A stretch of DNA of 64,000 nucleotides, taken from Amphiscolops sp. MND2022. Taxonomy: Eukaryota. The notes beneath the pieces are model-generated. The model was not told the origin of the DNA. It did not search any database and saw only the letters and a program-made list of their open reading frames with translations. The DNA is taken from positions 62,312,001 to 62,376,000 of the forward strand of contig OZ076409.1 of the NCBI GenBank assembly GCA_964187785.1, written 5' to 3'. A program made the position numbers and the translations under genes. This document shows positions 61,991 to 64,000 of this stretch, piece by piece (positions within the stretch are counted from its first letter, which is position 1; every line of letters starts with the position of its first letter).

Positions 61991-62755
61991 AAGAGCCATT
62001 GAAATCCGCTGCTTCAAAAAGCTGCCAGCCTGTTGATCGTTGTGCGACAGAGACGCGTGATAAAAATATCACTGCTCTCGCCTAAAGAACCCTGTACTTC
62101 CAAGGCCAACTAGAAAAAGGTTTTCGCCCTTGAAAGTGGGGACCAATATTGAAATCTCAAGGTCAATGAATCTTTTTTTTCTTTATCAGACATCATGGAT
62201 TTTTGTCATCAAGTGCCATGAGTATCATCATGTTGGGGAGAGAAGACACACACCAGTGGTCTGCAACGAAGGTAGGGAACCCCATACTAGCCACTATCCC
62301 AGTAGACCAGTAACAAAAATACCAACGAACAAACTACTCAAACCAGCCACTATGCAGTCGACCGGTGAAATTTTTTTATAGCTGCTTTGGTATAAAGGTC
62401 AAACAAATTAGGCTATATGTAATAATCTTCTTCGAACGCATCTCTGTCGCTCACAGTTCCTAGAACACAGGCCGCAGTACCAATCTGAAGAGCCATTGAA
62501 AGCCATTACTTCAAAAAGCTGCCGGCTCGTTGATCGTCGTGCGAAGGACAGAGCATTTTACAGAGACGCGTGATGAAGAATTCACTGCTCTCGCCTCAAG
62601 AACCCTGTACTTTCAAGGCCATGGTTGAAAAACGTATCCATTGTCTAGTAATTTGCAATACTTCTCGATTTTACGCGCCTCAGCCTCGGTGGCGGTGGTT
62701 CCCGGGTTGCATAAGGGGCCTTGATTAGGGCGACTGGGTGCAAGGGCATCCTCAA
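61991..62755 (-). mobile_element. Further 3'-end copies of the CRE-like LINE (fragment 61991-62108; copy 62165-62755)
   Basis: Colinear similarity to 59010-59530 and 60255-60285 without the MITE insertions. Confidence 0.8.
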
Positions 62756-63467
62756 CGTTTCAATCACCAGTAATACGGTCATATTTGCATGTAATTTTAA
62801 ATATTGTAGAAAGATCAGTATTGAAGCTGATACATTTATTCATTGACGACTGATTGTCCCAGTCATGATCATATAAATATTCACATGTAGCGAAATTGGA
62901 AGCATCATAATAGTGATAAATGTGTTCGACGACTGATTGTGTAAGTTAAATTTACATGTGATGAGCTAACGTGTTGAACGTTACACTGGTAAATATGCAA
63001 TTGACGGCTAGTTAAGTGGTCGTTATTTGTTTGATAGCACGATTTAGTTATTGAATCATGGTATTTTCGGTATATGACAACTTGTTGTTCAATGCATTTG
63101 TTTGAAAGAAAAAGTTTTCGAAATACATAATATCTTCCATGCTGTTAGGGTATGAATTACTTTCTTGAGAGAGAACAAGTTGTATGGTGGGTAAACTTGG
63201 TGACTGGTTTGTGCAGGTACCGGATGTAGTGGGTGGAAAAAATCAAGCAGCAATTTGATTGGATAGGAAGACTCCTATTCAGGCAAGGTAGTCGCATATC
63301 GTTTAGGAGCTTCGATGGCCTAATTGGCTTGATGTCCTTAGTAGCCTCTGATGTGACACGCAGTCAAGGCTTTCTGGACATTGCTTTCAGGATTTGTAGT
63401 TGTTGTTGTTTTGTGGATTCCCAGATTAACTGGAGGGATTTCTCCTTATGTTTCATTAAACACATAT

Positions 63468-64000
63468 TCAGGTGTTGCGGCAGTTTTGGCAGTCACACGC
63501 GATTGTCCAAGAGCAAATCAAGCGTTCATTGTAGAAACTTTTTATGTAGCTCCACATATAGTCCAAGAGCCGATTTTTGAGACCATCTGGATTAAAGGAG
63601 TCCCCATAGTGGGGTAGATGATTTACAACACTGCAAGTCCTGAAACAAAATTCAGAACAAGCCCGTTCTGTTTGCAAGGTGGGAAGCTTGAAACTTGTGT
63701 GTCTGCGATTGTTTTTCACTGTTTCATAAAGCTTTATTTTGCCTGTACTTGGATGCCAAACTTTTGAGAGGTAAAGAATATTATTTAGTTGCCAGAACAT
63801 TGGAAGCGGTAAAACATTGAGTTTCAGCATAAGGGAACAATAACACGAGTGAAAATCTGCAGCTATCTATTTCAAGACGCGTTTTTGGAAAGATTTGTAT
63901 ATTTCATCGAAGCTCTGGAGAAAGAAATTGAAGGAGCAGCGAAAGTGACCTTGGGCAGTAGTAGGGATTTAAAAACGGCTAGTTTTGCATCACAATTCAA
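63468..64000 (-). pseudogene. 3' end of a CR1-like LINE ORF2
   Basis: KLNVLPLPMF..., FCFRTCSVVNHLP, C-terminal CSW..ACDCQNC; frameshifted upstream. Confidence 0.6.

Noticed and set aside
61629..62085. ORFs spanning the N run
   Set aside because: Artefacts of the assembly gap

Overview
AT-rich, repeat-dense eukaryotic (invertebrate animal) genomic DNA with GT-AG introns; an acoel-like genome is only a guess from the repeat landscape. Five host genes can be reconstructed by hand: a 6-exon cytosolic 5'-nucleotidase II (NT5C2-like, +), a 6-exon cysteine-rich single-pass membrane protein with PPxY motifs (Shisa/WBP1/VOPP1-like, -, with an apparent 1-bp frameshift in its first coding exon), HAUS8 (2 coding exons, -), a MAP7/ensconsin-like gene (-) and intronless PSMD4/Rpn10 (-). 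The rest is mostly transposon-derived. This includes a full-length Mag-type Ty3/Gypsy element (239-bp LTRs, CAGGC TSD, WLDD RT motif), a 1.9-kb solo LTR carrying a 199-codon ORF that reads out through its 3' end, one intact and several broken Tc1 elements, hAT remnants and piggyBac/pogo-type MITEs. There is also a guild of Mutator-type MITEs with 9-bp TSDs (three share one GCGAAGC-rich core despite unrelated TIRs), many Helentron/DINE-1-like elements (several carry tRNA-like Pol III cassettes and one a 22-bp minisatellite), CRE-like and CR1/L2-like LINE fragments, and a 200-N assembly gap. No rRNA, intact tRNA or CRISPR array was seen. All family assignments come from motif recognition by eye; no database search was run.
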